This document shows positions 52,188-64,000 of a DNA stretch of 64,000 bases, one piece after another. Numbering within the stretch: the stretch's first letter is position 1; each line of letters opens with the position of its first letter. The translations under genes were made by a program, and so were the position numbers. This DNA comes from Marsupella aquatica (taxonomy: Eukaryota > Plantae > Marchantiophyta): the NCBI GenBank assembly GCA_973895155.1, contig OZ316894.1, forward strand, positions 18,266,805 through 18,330,804. The letters are read 5' to 3'. The notes under the pieces were generated by a model, which worked only from the letters and a program-made list of their open reading frames with translations, did not search any database and was not told the DNA's origin.

Positions 52188-53225
52188 TCATTGCAAAGAA
52201 GTTGTCAAAATGAATCTGGAAACATCTTCCATGCCGGCCTCGCTGTAAAAAGAGGCAAGTTGTTCTCTAATCTCATCCCAGCTGCCATCCACAGCACCCA
52301 GATCGAGCAGAAATGCAGCCTGATCTAAAGCAACTTGTCCTGCAGTCTTACCCTTTAGCAGGTCTTCCTTTCGTCCCTCCTCAGTCACTCTCTCTTTCAT
52401 GAATTCCACTTGCTCATCTCCCCATCCTGCAATTTCAGCCACAGTCTCATAGCCGCAACCAAGAGTCCACCAAGGTGATTTCAATGCAATTCTTGCCGCT
52501 TCTTTGGCTTCCAGCTTGCGCCCTACCTTGAGCAGAAGCTGTCCATTGAAAACATAGGGCCTCCCAAATCCCGGAAAAAGCTGCCTGCAGTAGAACTCTC
52601 CCGTGACCAATGCAGAGATCTCATCACCTTTAGCTAAGTGACTCAGAGCCAGGCGTTCACACACATCCGGAAACTTCCCCACCTTCTTCATCAAGTAGAC
52701 ATCCACACTTCCCACTTTGGAAGCACCAAAGTCCCCTCTGCTGTACAACTTCTGCCCCATCTCCCCAGCCATTGAGTAGACTCTATCCTCCCCACTGCTA
52801 CTGCTCTCTTCCTCCACCATTGCACGATGTATGTACTCCCTCATGTTCTTTGCCAGGAGAGTCACTCCATGCTTGTGCACTGACACTACGGGAATGTCCA
52901 TTCCTTCCACTGGCGTTGGCCATCGCAGCAGTGCTGTCAAACTTCCATCAGAAGCTGGCTGTTCAGAGAGAGGAATTGCCAGGGGGAACAATCCTTTTCT
53001 TCTCTCATAAGGAGAGCAGGCTACCTCTCCCTTTGCCTGGAGCACGCTGAGAAGCGATGGAAGGTAGGGTTGGGGCTCTAGACCTGCCACGTCTTGGATG
53101 AATGTCACCAGCTCGGGTGGTGCCGAGGTGGTCATTGACAGTCCTGCTCTAGTAACCTGCCTTCCAAACGACCCAGCTCTGAACTTGGGCGCACATCTCA
53201 GCGGAATAATACCCACAGCCTCCAT
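52188..53225 (-). CDS. PAB: PAB-like protein (chloroplast ATP synthase biogenesis factor, At4g34090-like); intronless, 345 aa from the first ATG
   Basis: LLRWPT, SALVTGEFY..FPGFGRP, ALKSPWWTLG and QVALDQAAFLLDL motifs as I recall them for this family; transit-peptide-like N-terminus. The ORF track start (53396) is GTG. Confidence 0.75.
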   Translation of the reverse strand: MEAVGIIPLRCAPKFRAGSFGRQVTRAGLSMTTSAPPELVTFIQDVAGLEPQPYLPSLLSVLQAKGEVACSPYERRKGLFPLAIPLSEQPASDGSLTALLRWPTPVEGMDIPVVSVHKHGVTLLAKNMREYIHRAMVEEESSSSGEDRVYSMAGEMGQKLYSRGDFGASKVGSVDVYLMKKVGKFPDVCERLALSHLAKGDEISALVTGEFYCRQLFPGFGRPYVFNGQLLLKVGRKLEAKEAARIALKSPWWTLGCGYETVAEIAGWGDEQVEFMKERVTEEGRKEDLLKGKTAGQVALDQAAFLLDLGAVDGSWDEIREQLASFYSEAGMEDVSRFILTTSLQ

Positions 53226-55771
53226 TTTGCGAGCACTGGCTACCAATCTGGACAATTGGGTTTCTCCCTTTGTTTCGGGAGTCTTCACCAGTCGTCCGTC
53301 TTTCTCCAGTGAGCTAAGTTCCGGACGACAATGTCCCGAAATCAGTGATCTTTGCAGCTTTTGAAGGCTCCATGGCAGAGGAGGAAATTGTGGCACAATC
53401 CTTCAGACCAAACTCCTTCTTTGCTAGTTGTGCGTTTCCTTCTGATGGCGCCAGAATAGTTCTCTCTGCGTTATCAGTCTACAAGAAATACCTTTCAATC
53501 AGTAATCCTTACATTCTAGACATAGGATTGCTACGGCAAAAATCTCTTCGATTGCAATCCTTGGTGTGTTGTTTCGGTCCGTTTGCCATGGCCCCTGTTC
53601 TCACTTCTACTCGTCAGCGTCTCAGTAATCCAATTTCCATGGCAGAGCATCTTTCTTCTTCCTATTCAATCCACAAAGCTGACTGATGTGAGGTCCTCTA
53701 TGCCCTTATGGGAAGCCAAGTGGAAGTATAGCAATCACTCGCTGGATGAGGCCCAACAAAGGCCTTGGTGTGGTTTGCCCCCATACCAAGTACCTTCTTG
53801 TTTCCAAAAGGCTTTCAAGGGCAAATTTTGACACTCAATATGTCCCTTAATATCGAATAAAATTCACTAGTCTTGGGTTTGTTAGAAGCAATTTGGAGAT
53901 TTATTTCCAATGAATGTCATATTCTTACTTTTACAAGAAGTGAGAGTTATAAAAAATCATATATGAGGGGATTGATGTCTCCTAGTGGGCCAGGGGAGCC
54001 CAAGTTGTGAGGTGTGGCGGTTGCACTACTAAGGGGAAATGTTGAGCGAAAATGACTATATCTCCTCAATGGGAAGTCCGATGGAGTACTTCCTAGGTAC
54101 GTCCAAAAGCTCTCAAGGAGGACTATTCCCTCCTGATCTCAGAGGGGGTGCCTTTGGTCCTCGGGGTTTGCAAGGGCTGTCCCACTCACTTGCCAATCGT
54201 GCCTAAACAACAGCCAAGTCGAGTTCAATTCCCAAGGGAGCTTGCGTTGGGGAGACAACACAAAATAGGCCTTGGTGTTGAGACCCAAGTGCATCATGCC
54301 CTTGGACTCCCAGTTGAGTGGGATTTGTAGAAATGATTGCTAGAGTCGGGGCCGAATTGGTCCCGATGCTTGGGATAAACTAGCTATTTAGGCCATGGGC
54401 ATGTCCAGGAGGCAGGGGGTTCAGCTGGTGACAAATTGAAAGTGGGTGATCCTCTCTTTAGCTTTATCGCAAGGCCTACTTACTAATGATTGTTGAGCTT
54501 GAGGCAAAACAACAATCTTGGGATCCGAGATCAAGACAATTTACTTACTAATGGGTTATGTTGGTTGCTTGTGCAGACAGTTTAGGCTCTTGAGCAATGG
54601 TAGTGCTAAGGAGCAAACACTACTCATTTCATATGGAAGTTGCCATAGGCGGTGATACGTTCATAGAGTTGCTTGGCCGTAGAGTTTTGTGTAGGTGTTT
54701 GGGCACCAAAAGTACCTAGGCAAAGGTATTGGGTTTGGTGAGGGCACCGAGTGGCTAGGTCCACCACTCCCCACCACTTGCAAAGTTCTGAAGGCTTGAA
54801 CACCCTAAAACTAAAGAAAATATTGGGGATTTTTAACACTTTTTTTTACCTCTATTGATTTTGGATGTTTCTTGAAATATCATAAATCTTTTTAAAATAC
54901 CCCCAAATACCCATAATTTTCTTTCAAAAAACAATAAGGTGTTTCCTTAGAACAAATCACATTGGGAATAAATGACACTATGCTTTGTCGCACGTGCTAT
55001 GTCATTTTTGCCTAAGTTCTCTCCCTGAAGATAGGGGAACTACAATACAAGTTTTCTGGAACATAACCAGGACTTGGTCAACGATGACTCTTAACCAAAG
55101 TACGAGGCTCTCCCTGAACACTTAAAATTTGTAAGCAAAGCAGCCATGACTCTGCTAGAACGACACCAGGACTCCAGAGGGAAGAAGCATCTGGCAAAGC
55201 ATCAACCAAGACTCTCAACCAACTTTGATATTGAAACAATGCAAACACCCAGAAGAGTACAAAGCACACTCAAGGGCAAAGGCTCATGAATTATTGACCA
55301 AATTAAGTACCACCCAAGTCCCATGGTGTGGTTAAACCCTACTTTCAAATTGGATGCAATGCAAGCCGCAAAAAGTGAAGGGTGTGAAATTTGCCAAACA
55401 GAGTCTTGGTTGATGTTTTGCCAAAATGTTTTTTCCCTGCAGACCTGGTTGCCATTCTGGCAACAATTCATTCAGTGGAGTTCAGTTATGGTTACTTGGC
55501 TAACAAAGACTAAGTGTTCAAGGAAAGTCCCATAATTTGCCTGTTGTAGTTTTGATTCAATTTGTTGTGGCAAACTCATGGTTCTTGGACATGAGTCAGG
55601 ATTATTGCTCTGGTAATGAAACTGTGAAGTTTGGGTTTGTTTATCAATTTGTAAAGACTCTTCACCCTTCACATTGCTGGTGGTACCATGGCTAAAGCTT
55701 CTGTCGACTGATCCAAGGGAACAAAAACTGAAGGGTGCCAGAGCACAAATTTGAAGTCCAAGCCAGAACAG

Positions 55772-56370
55772 AAACCAAACTTATCAGGTCGGAGCAGACA
55801 ACACACCTCAAGGACTGGGATGGACAAATGCACGGGACCAAGAATGGAGAGCATTAACTTGACATAGATTCAACGCATTGTCAAAAAATGTAATCTAATA
55901 TTTCAAACCGAACTTACCAGGCCGGAGCAAACAGCACACCTTGGGGACTGGGATGGACAATGTACGGGCCCAAGAATGGAGAGCAGATGGACAAATGTAC
56001 GGGCCAAAGAATGGAGAGCATTAACTTGACCTAGATTCAACGCATTTCAAAAAGTGTAATCTAATATTTCAAACCAAACTTATTAGGCCAAAGAATGGAG
56101 AGCATTAACTTGACCTAGATTCAACCCATTTCAAAAAGTGTAATCTAATATTTCAAACCAAACTTATTAGGCCAAAGAATGGAGACCATTAACTTGACCT
56201 AGATTCAACCCATTTCAAAAAGTGTAATCTAATATTTCAAACCAAACTTATTAGGCCGGAGCAAACAGCACGCCTTGGGGACTGGGATGGACAATGTACT
56301 GGCCCAAGAATGGAGAGCATAACTTGACGTAGATTCAAACCATTGTCAAAAAGTGTAATCTAATATTTGC
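55772..56370. repeat. Compound tandem array (~134-bp unit with 84-bp subunit repeats)
   Basis: ggccaaagaatggaga recurs at 56002, 56086 and 56170. Confidence 0.9.
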
Positions 56371-56716
56371 CCAACCTCAACCGCTCACATAGACTTTACA
56401 GTTTACACCCACATACCAAAGATGTGAGGGTGGCCAATAGGATACACCTTTGCCACGTTTGTTGGGAAGTACAAAAGACAGGTGGACGACACGTCACCTC
56501 TGAAGGGACAATTTGGGCCTGTATTGACATTCTGTGAAGCAACAGCCATTCGGAAATCGGTGGACGAGAAGGTAGAATGATGGATAGACGAATTCAATAA
56601 TGGACTGTGATTACTTTGTGAGGAGTTGGGGCTCCTGTTGAAGTTAGGATGAAGATAGCTCTGGTCCAGACCGACTCCTCTGGCTTGCAGTGAGACGAAA
56701 TCGATGAATTCTTGTC

Positions 56717-56812
56717 ATGGCGGGTGCCAAGAGGCTCTCCATGGTGCAGCGTCTCGGCGTTCTCGCAGCTTTTAATGTAGGAGTTTATTTGGCTTATGTT
56801 CAAATCATCGAG
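56717..56812 (+). CDS. Candidate first exon of a spliced hydrophobic uORF/small protein upstream of the F-box CDS
   Basis: ATG in gtcATGG context; 32 codons (MAGAKRLSMVQRLGVLAAFNVGVYLAYVQIIE) ending in a strong phase-0 donor GAG|GTGAGT. Confidence 0.4.
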
Positions 56813-58137
56813 GTGAGTTTGATTGTGTTTTTAGTTCAATTGTCTGATCGAATTTGTCTAGCGTTGATGTTTCTTTCTTTCAAGTGTGCATGTGAATGCT
56901 GAATGGAAATCGTGTTTGGGTAAACTTACCGAGGTATGGAAGAGACACGAAAAGGAATTAGTAAAGAAGCGAAGGGGAACCCTGTTCTCTGTGACGGAAA
57001 TGTCAGACTTCAAGTTCAGATTTCCCGTTTATCGATGCTCGATCTTTGTCGGACAATCCCTCCACAAACTTTTCAGGTCAAGTGCTGGTTTCAGTGGTAG
57101 GAGTAGGCTTAAAGATGTGGGACGAGAGACACGGAGATGATATTTTGCAGTCCAGTGACTGACCAAAGAACGGAATGGGGCGGATAGAACATAGAACGCA
57201 AGAATTCGAAGAGAAGGTTTTGAAATATCAGCAAGGAAGAAGGTTTGTGTACGTGATTAGGGTCTCCAATTTTGTCATCGTAATTGTAATAATTTTATGG
57301 ACTTAGTAAGCTTTTCAGTCCCATGACTCTCCGGGAATGCTTTGGATGGTTAAAACGAGGAAAGGGATGAAGTCTTGCATGGTCCGGATAATGTGTGACC
57401 ATAAAGGAGGACAAGGAACTTGGATTTGCAAAAAGGAATGTCTGCGATCTCTGACCCAATTCGACCATCGTAATAGCATTGTTGAAAGATCTTCCAGAAT
57501 CTAAGTAAAGACAAAGTACGCAGCAAATAAAAATGCATTTGCCACCTGGTTCCTTCTCCTATAGGTGCTGTATCCTCGGCCACCCCATAAGTGGAAGTGA
57601 GCTTTTACCATGGACCTTAGGAGTGGTCGATTCTCTTCGTAGAGACTGCCCTTCTGTTGGTACATCACGATGTGGTCGAAGAATTGGGTCCAATTCATAT
57701 CTCCGCTGATGTATCTATCAATCTTTTCTGAATTTATTTTTGGTTGTAATGCAGCGTTCAAAGCAACGAGGTGGGAGTTTTTCCAAGGATGGATACGAGT
57801 ATTGGGGCATGTTTAGAGAGCCTAAGCATAAACGCGAAGAAAAGGACAAAACAATGAATGAAGATAGTGTCCAAGGATGACCAGAATAGTTGTTGATTGC
57901 TGAAATACATTGTTGTTGCTCACTTCTGCTTCTAGATCGATTATTTTATAGGATAAACTACAGTACTGTATTCTTGGATCTAAATCCTTAAAGGCTCAGG
58001 GACAAAGACTTGACGGAGAAGGGCGTCATTGCTGGTCCTTAAGCCTTTGATTGACAGTTTTAGAGAGATCCGAGCTCTGGGACACATTGGGAAATTGGGT
58101 AATTGCTGGAAGATATTCAGAGCTTTGCGGAGCAGAT

Positions 58138-59414
58138 ATGGATATTGACGTTGATGGGACTGGAGATTCATTTGTAAACTCTTCTAAAGGTGTGGAAGCT
58201 GAGGGTCACCTTAGTGGTTTGGAGATTGAAATTGAGGATCTAGATGGTCCTCCCGATGGATTTGTTTTTGTTCTACCATTCTTAGATCTGCAGTCTCGTC
58301 TGACTATGGAGAGAGTCAGCAAGTCACTAAGAGAAGCGGTGAGGGACAATCCACTCGTATGGCAGCATCTGCAAGTGGAGCGGCCTGCAGTCAGAAATCT
58401 TACCAATGAAATCCTTCTAACATTTGTTCGAAGGGCAGAAGGGCATTTGAAGAGCTTGAGTCTGGTAAAGTCGCTCAGGACAACTGAAGCAGCGTTGGAG
58501 GAAGCAGTTTCTCTCAATCCAGAGCTTGAAAAGGTATGTGACTGAGCACTAGCTGTGTGCCTCTGTCTTTTTGTTGGATTTCTGGCTGCATACTCAGGAA
58601 GCTCAGTCTTCATATTGGAACCATCCTCGGGTGCAACATAATTGAAATGCCCGAGTTCCATCGAACGAATGATTTGAGCAAATGCAAATTGATTCGTCGA
58701 AGTTAAATTAATTGTCTTTCGGCAGCTAAGTGCATCGACCATATGATTTGAAAAAATGCATTTTTATTCCTGGAAGTTAAATTCCTTGTCTTCTGGCAGC
58801 TTTCTGTACCGGGGTGCACAGGAATCAGTTCTGAAGCAATCGTAAAGCTGGTGGAAACACATTCTGTCAGAGCTCGGGCTAAAGGATTGCAAGGCATCAA
58901 GCAGGTGGAAATCAGGGGAATTTACAGTATCACGAAAGAGCATTTAGATCGTCTTCACAATGTCCTTCAGCCTGTTGGTCATCAGCGTGATCCATCAAGC
59001 CAACTGTTGACTCCACTATACTACGGTAATGGAAGTGATGCCCTTAGAAAGCTTGATGCTCGACCTATTGATGTCAGCATGTGCCCCTTATGCTCAAATG
59101 TAAGAGTCGTTTATGACTGCACCAAGCACTGGATAAAGTATAACGTAGATGACCCTTGCAAAGGCTGTACTTTCTGCATACCTCGATGCGAGGAATGTGG
59201 GTGCTGCATTATGGAAATATCACACGAGGAGAGTTTATGCCGGGATTTAGTCTGCGAAGACTGTTGGCCTAGTCTGCCCAAATGCTCAGAGTGCAATCAG
59301 GCTGTCTGTAGTCGCCATGCGCAATTCTTTCAGGAGAAGAGCCACACTTTCGTATGTGAGATGTGCCTTTTGGCCGCAGATAACCCAGATTTTGCATTTG
59401 CTGGAGAGATCTGA
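58138..59414 (+). CDS. F-box protein, SKIP14/SKIP28-like, with Cys-rich C-terminus; intron 58534-58799
   Basis: F-box-like VLPFLDLQSRLTMERVSKSLREAV..LVW; LSVPGCTG after the splice; CKGCTFCIPRCEECG and CEDCWPSLPKCSECNQAVCSRH motifs. Start codon uncertain. Confidence 0.85.
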
Positions 59415-60684
59415 ACATTCTTGACACCTAATCCTGTTGGGGGATGAAGCACTGCTTCGGGCGCTTCCATGCTGGGCCTTTGCTTCAGTAGTTCCACCCT
59501 TGAAGTTTTCGCAACGTAGGCTGTGCTGTGTAAATGAAGTGAACAATAAATCCACAGATTCGTTTGTAGTGATTCGTTTTGTCACTTCGGACATCGTTTA
59601 AAGTGTTCCAGGCTTTATGGAGCGGGACCTTTTGGTCCTTTTTAAGCAATTTTTGGAGCAATTCTATCTACGGTTGTCGTATATCAAGGGCTCTGCAGTT
59701 GAAATCGTCTGTTGTAGAGAGATTCATACATCAGCGAATGAATGTTTTTAGGGTTAGTAGTGCAGAGCGGCCCTGGTTACGGTCATATACTATATGGATA
59801 TTTTGAATTTGTCCAATAATTAAACAACAGTTTAATCTGCACGGTGTAGAAACAGTCTTGTTACATGGAGGAGGACGTTGATATTTGTTCTCTTCAACCC
59901 TAAGTGACAAAGTATCTTCGGACTGTGTCCGCAGTCAAAGCTTGATCACCCTCATAGAACGAGTCAAGAGACGAACGAAGTACAAGTGCTGTCAAGACGC
60001 CCACATGCGAGGGTGACTAGTCCAGGAGACGCCTGATAGAGGGATGAGATAACAAGTCTAACAAATGAGTGCCTCGTCGTGTCTGAATATCAAACTTATG
60101 TACTGAATTCATCAGCGAAATGCTGTCTCTCTTTTGATTGCACAACAAAGGACAATAAACACTAAGCAGCTGCTGCATAGTTGTCATATACGGAAGATTT
60201 GTTCTTGTGATGATGAACAAGTTGCTATCTAAAATGACATGGGTTCCTAGAAGTGGGACTCTAATCCACAATTGTTAGCTGTTAGCTGTGACACTGATAA
60301 TGTTGCTTTGTTACATTATCACAGCAGTATGACAAGTGTTGAACGAGCCGGAAAACACAGGACAAAAGGAGTGAGGACATTGCACAACTTTGCAATCACA
60401 ACATAACTGTTTGTTCCATTGACCATGTCCCATTGATCAAATCCAAACTTTCACTCTGAATATTGTAACGGATGCGTCCTACCAACGCCGTGCGTATAAC
60501 AAAGTGGAAACAGAGTCGTTTGTACCACCAATGTTTCGACAGTTGGATAGCACAAAGACAAAAGATAGCAGAGAAACTAGGAGGCAGAGCTAGAGAGGGG
60601 TAGAGAACCCATTTCTGTTAAACAATTAAAACTCATCGCAGCTACGTTTGGTAGACAAGCTGCCCAGGGCATCGTGACACTACA

Positions 60685-62555
60685 CGAGTCGCAGCTGCCC
60701 AACAGTAGCACCAGTAAATCCATAGACCGAGTTCGCACTGATCTTTAGGGCAAGCTGTCGACCATCAAAAACGGCCTTCTCAGAGGGATCAGCTGCCCTG
60801 CCTTTGCGCAGCCAGAAGCTCCTCTAACATCTCCGGCTAGATTACCTTTTCTAGAGAAACCTTCACGAAAGTCTCACCCGAGGGTGTTTTCAGGGAACTG
60901 TCTGGAGCAAGTTGTAAGCTTTTCATCTCCTCAGCTCTCTCCAATGTGCACTAGCACAGACTATAGGACCATCATGGTGGATAGATAAGGGATGCAAAAT
61001 CTAAAGTGGCAATGTACTTTTCGTAGAACCTAGTCTTGGCTTCCAAAACTGTCCCACCCTAAGCCTTTCCTGGCCACCAGCCCCTTGGCCTTCAGACTTG
61101 GGACATTCATATTTTTTAGCTGGCACTTTCTAAGCAGGTGTAACAATACCGTAGCCATTTCTACATAGTTGGTATATATATAAGCTTGTACAGGAGTGCT
61201 GGGGAAGGTAAGCATCCTTCTAGCAATAACAAGCCAATCTTCTTCTTGAATCTGGACTTCCATTGTTATGATAGCAAGGGGGACTTCCTCCTTCTGCTCG
61301 CCAAGAGAGTATGCAGAAACTGAATTGAGAGAATACGAACTCAGCTTGTAATCCCTCTGCAAAACCTGAAGAAGATCAAAACTCTACACGTCCTTCACGT
61401 CCTTAATAGTCACCTCCTCCTCTCTCTCGTACCATTGTGCTTTATTTATTAACTGTAAAGGAAAGACGTGGGGTACAATTTATGTTACATAGTTATCACA
61501 AGGGAAGAGAAAAGAAAACTAGAAAGCTGGCAGAACGCACTGCCTCGAGTTAAACGATGCATCTCTCATTCGCACTCGGATCTTCTTGATACGCCCAAGG
61601 ATTGGGAAATCATCTACTTTCAGAGATTCAGCTCTATCAAGAAGGTATGGCAACTTGAAGTCAATTTGCAGGTGTCGTACCCAATTATGATGTCAGGATC
61701 CACCTCCCTCACACCATCCCTCCACGCAAGTAGTACTTCCTTCTAAGAGTCAAAGGACATGATATCAACTAGTATGGGTGAACAGGTCTTGAGAGTGATC
61801 GCATTGCGAATCATCGGCTGGCCATTACCAATCTTTATCTGCTTCAGGGAAATGGCCTTTCCGGCCAGCACATTCAATGTCAACACTTAGGGTTCGAAAC
61901 GGTGCCATCTTTGAGTTTTCCCACTAGCGGATGGTTTATGATCTGGTCATGAAGTATACCAACCTTAAGTTGGCAACAATTCAATCCTGTTGCCACCACT
62001 TAGACCACAATTTATCTTGAAACGAAGCGCAAAAAGTCTCACAGGCTATGAAGCTCTTGTGCCCCAGACCCTTAATGTTCAGGGCCTTCTCGAGAATTCC
62101 TCTACAGACTGTGACCATGAATGGCTGAGCAGCATAGGAAGGAATAGCTCCTCCGGGGCTGGCAATACATCACACTCTCCTTATCATAAATATGGTAGCA
62201 AACACTGTTTCCTTCTCTGTTAACAGCAGAACGTCGTGAGCAGAGGGCCCCATGGTGTCCGGTAGCATGGCCTTGTTCTCCTCGATGACGTAGTCAATTT
62301 TCGAGCTGCTGGAAAAATGGGATCAGTGTTGGGATCCAGATTGACCGGGAATCGTCGCCACTTGGCGAGTCTTGCTGGGATTCCTGAAGCTAAGGTTTCA
62401 TTCAGCATCTCCTCATCCCTGATCAGAGCTTCCTCCAACACTTCCTCCAAAAAGACATACTCGTCTTCTCCAAACTCCTCGTCCTCCAAGTCCATGGGAG
62501 GTGGTCGTGGACCGGCATCTGCCTCGTAGTTGTTAGGCCCCATAGACTTCTTCAA
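60685..62555 (-). pseudogene. POLD1: DNA polymerase delta catalytic subunit pseudogene (3'-truncated, many indels and stops)
   Basis: [61 protein letters not shown] and [25 protein letters not shown] fragments in collinear order. Confidence 0.9.
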
Positions 62556-63767
62556 TGCGCGCTAATGGTCACAGATACGCAAATCGGTTCGGTGGTGGAT
62601 TCCGTGTGCATGACCAATGGATGACAGACAATTGATGTATCGATTATATTAAAAGTTGCATGGTCAAATCTCGCATAGCATGACTTTCCAGTGTTGAATG
62701 GATTCCCGGTCCGCATTTTACCAGTTTTCACGATATGAAAAAACAAATATATCTGGTCTCCGAGCACAATAAGCCTAGCTTGGCTTCACGATAGACTGAC
62801 AACAAGAGAATGAAGAATAACTACACATCCCCCACAAAGATGCAGACCATTCGGCTCGTGGTGGGCCCTGATCTCGAAAGCAATAATCTGTTGACAATCG
62901 ACTCTCTGCACGTATGGGTGACCGAAATCAAGTTGTACTTGGAGTCGTAGGCTGATCCTGTCAAGGACAATGATGTCATTGACACAAGGTATTTTATGAA
63001 ATGCCCTTCGTTTCCCTACCCAGCTAGACTCGGTTTCTTTCTTACCTGTGTTCCGTGGACTTGACAGGTAACTGGGCATTACCCTACGACAATCTATTAA
63101 AGTGATTTGATCGACATGCAGCTGACAGGACTTATGTTTTTGTGCCTGGAGAAAGACTCGCCCTGATCACTATTTGGGTTGTTAGGAAAGAGCGTCGCTT
63201 GAATATCTAGAGAATTATGTGCCCTTTGCAGACTGTCTTAATCTCTCCAGAGAGGATTCGAGCAAACTTGACAGATATAGACAAATCTTTTTTCGAAATC
63301 TCTAGACATAGCTCCAAAGCAGTCACGGCAAGAAAGACAATTCTTCCCGAGTGACAAAAGCTGCTTGAATTTTTACAGACATGACTGTGTCTTCATTTGA
63401 GTGGTTGACCTGACGGAGCCTTGACAAGTGTTGTGAAAATATTACTCTCTCCCTCTCTGTGGACTTTGAAGTAACAGAGGTCGTCTTTAGTTCCTCCTCT
63501 TTCCCTGCGCATAACTTCACGGGCCAAAAATCCAAAAGCTATTGCTAAGGCAATCCTGCAATTGATTCCAATCCTCTGTCATAGCCAATTCTTCCAATGC
63601 AGATGCAGACTGGGGACCCTTTCTTGCTCCATCGCCCATCGCACCATTCTCATGATCATCCACGGTATTCATTCACGCGTCTCCCCTGAATTTCTTCCAG
63701 AGCTTGCCAGAGTACTCCTTAAATTCAAGACAAGGATTCACAAATCCCTTCCCCTTGAGCGCGCATC

Positions 63768-63839
63768 TCAATTCAATTCAATTCAATTCAATTCAATTCA
63801 ATTCAATTCAATTCAATTCAATTCAATTCAATTCAATTC
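63768..63839. repeat. (AATTC)n microsatellite, ~14 copies
   Basis: Directly visible. Confidence 0.97.
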
Positions 63840-64000
63840 TCCAACTTGATTTCAATCCATACTTGTGCGCGGATTTACATCTCCTGTTGGACTTTCATTT
63901 CCAAAGAAAAAGAGGGGAGTTGTTCGATTTCTTTCAAAGAGCTCGAACGATTTCCTGTGTGGGCAATTGTACAAGACCAGGCCACCACAAAATTTCTCGC

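Noticed and set aside
53226-53396. N-terminal extension of the PAB-like ORF
   Set aside because: Begins at GTG; the first ATG (53225) gives a plausible transit peptide.
55060-55750. Possible old LINE remnants (also ~35830-36530) and coding-like DNA at ~29900-30480
   Set aside because: Too degenerate for me to identify any diagnostic motif.

Overview
This is eukaryotic nuclear DNA from a land plant; gene content and LINE style suggest a non-seed plant, possibly a bryophyte (inference). It contains seven apparently intact genes. Four have intronless CDSs: two vacuolar sorting receptor (VSR) paralogs lying head-to-head as arms of a ~3.2 kb inverted duplication, a plastid omega-3 desaturase (FAD7/8-like) and a PAB-like chloroplast ATP synthase assembly factor. 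Three are spliced: an SLC25A38/Hem25-like mitochondrial carrier, a PARL/RBL12-like rhomboid and a SKIP14/SKIP28-like F-box gene. The window also holds a 5'-truncated L1-type LINE with an 18-bp TSD and A-rich tail, a hAT-type MITE with an 8-bp TSD, other foldback elements, tRNA-derived repeats, many tandem repeats, and RabE and DNA polymerase delta pseudogenes. The most unusual observations are: (i) an orphan third copy of the VSR promoter/non-coding first exon/splice donor pointing into the LINE and toward VSR copy 1; (ii) four intronless CDSs from normally intron-rich families; (iii) an SLC25A38-type carrier in a plant; (iv) a spliced hydrophobic uORF and a duplicated 'poison' splice acceptor in the F-box gene. 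All calls and exon boundaries were made by eye, without database searches.
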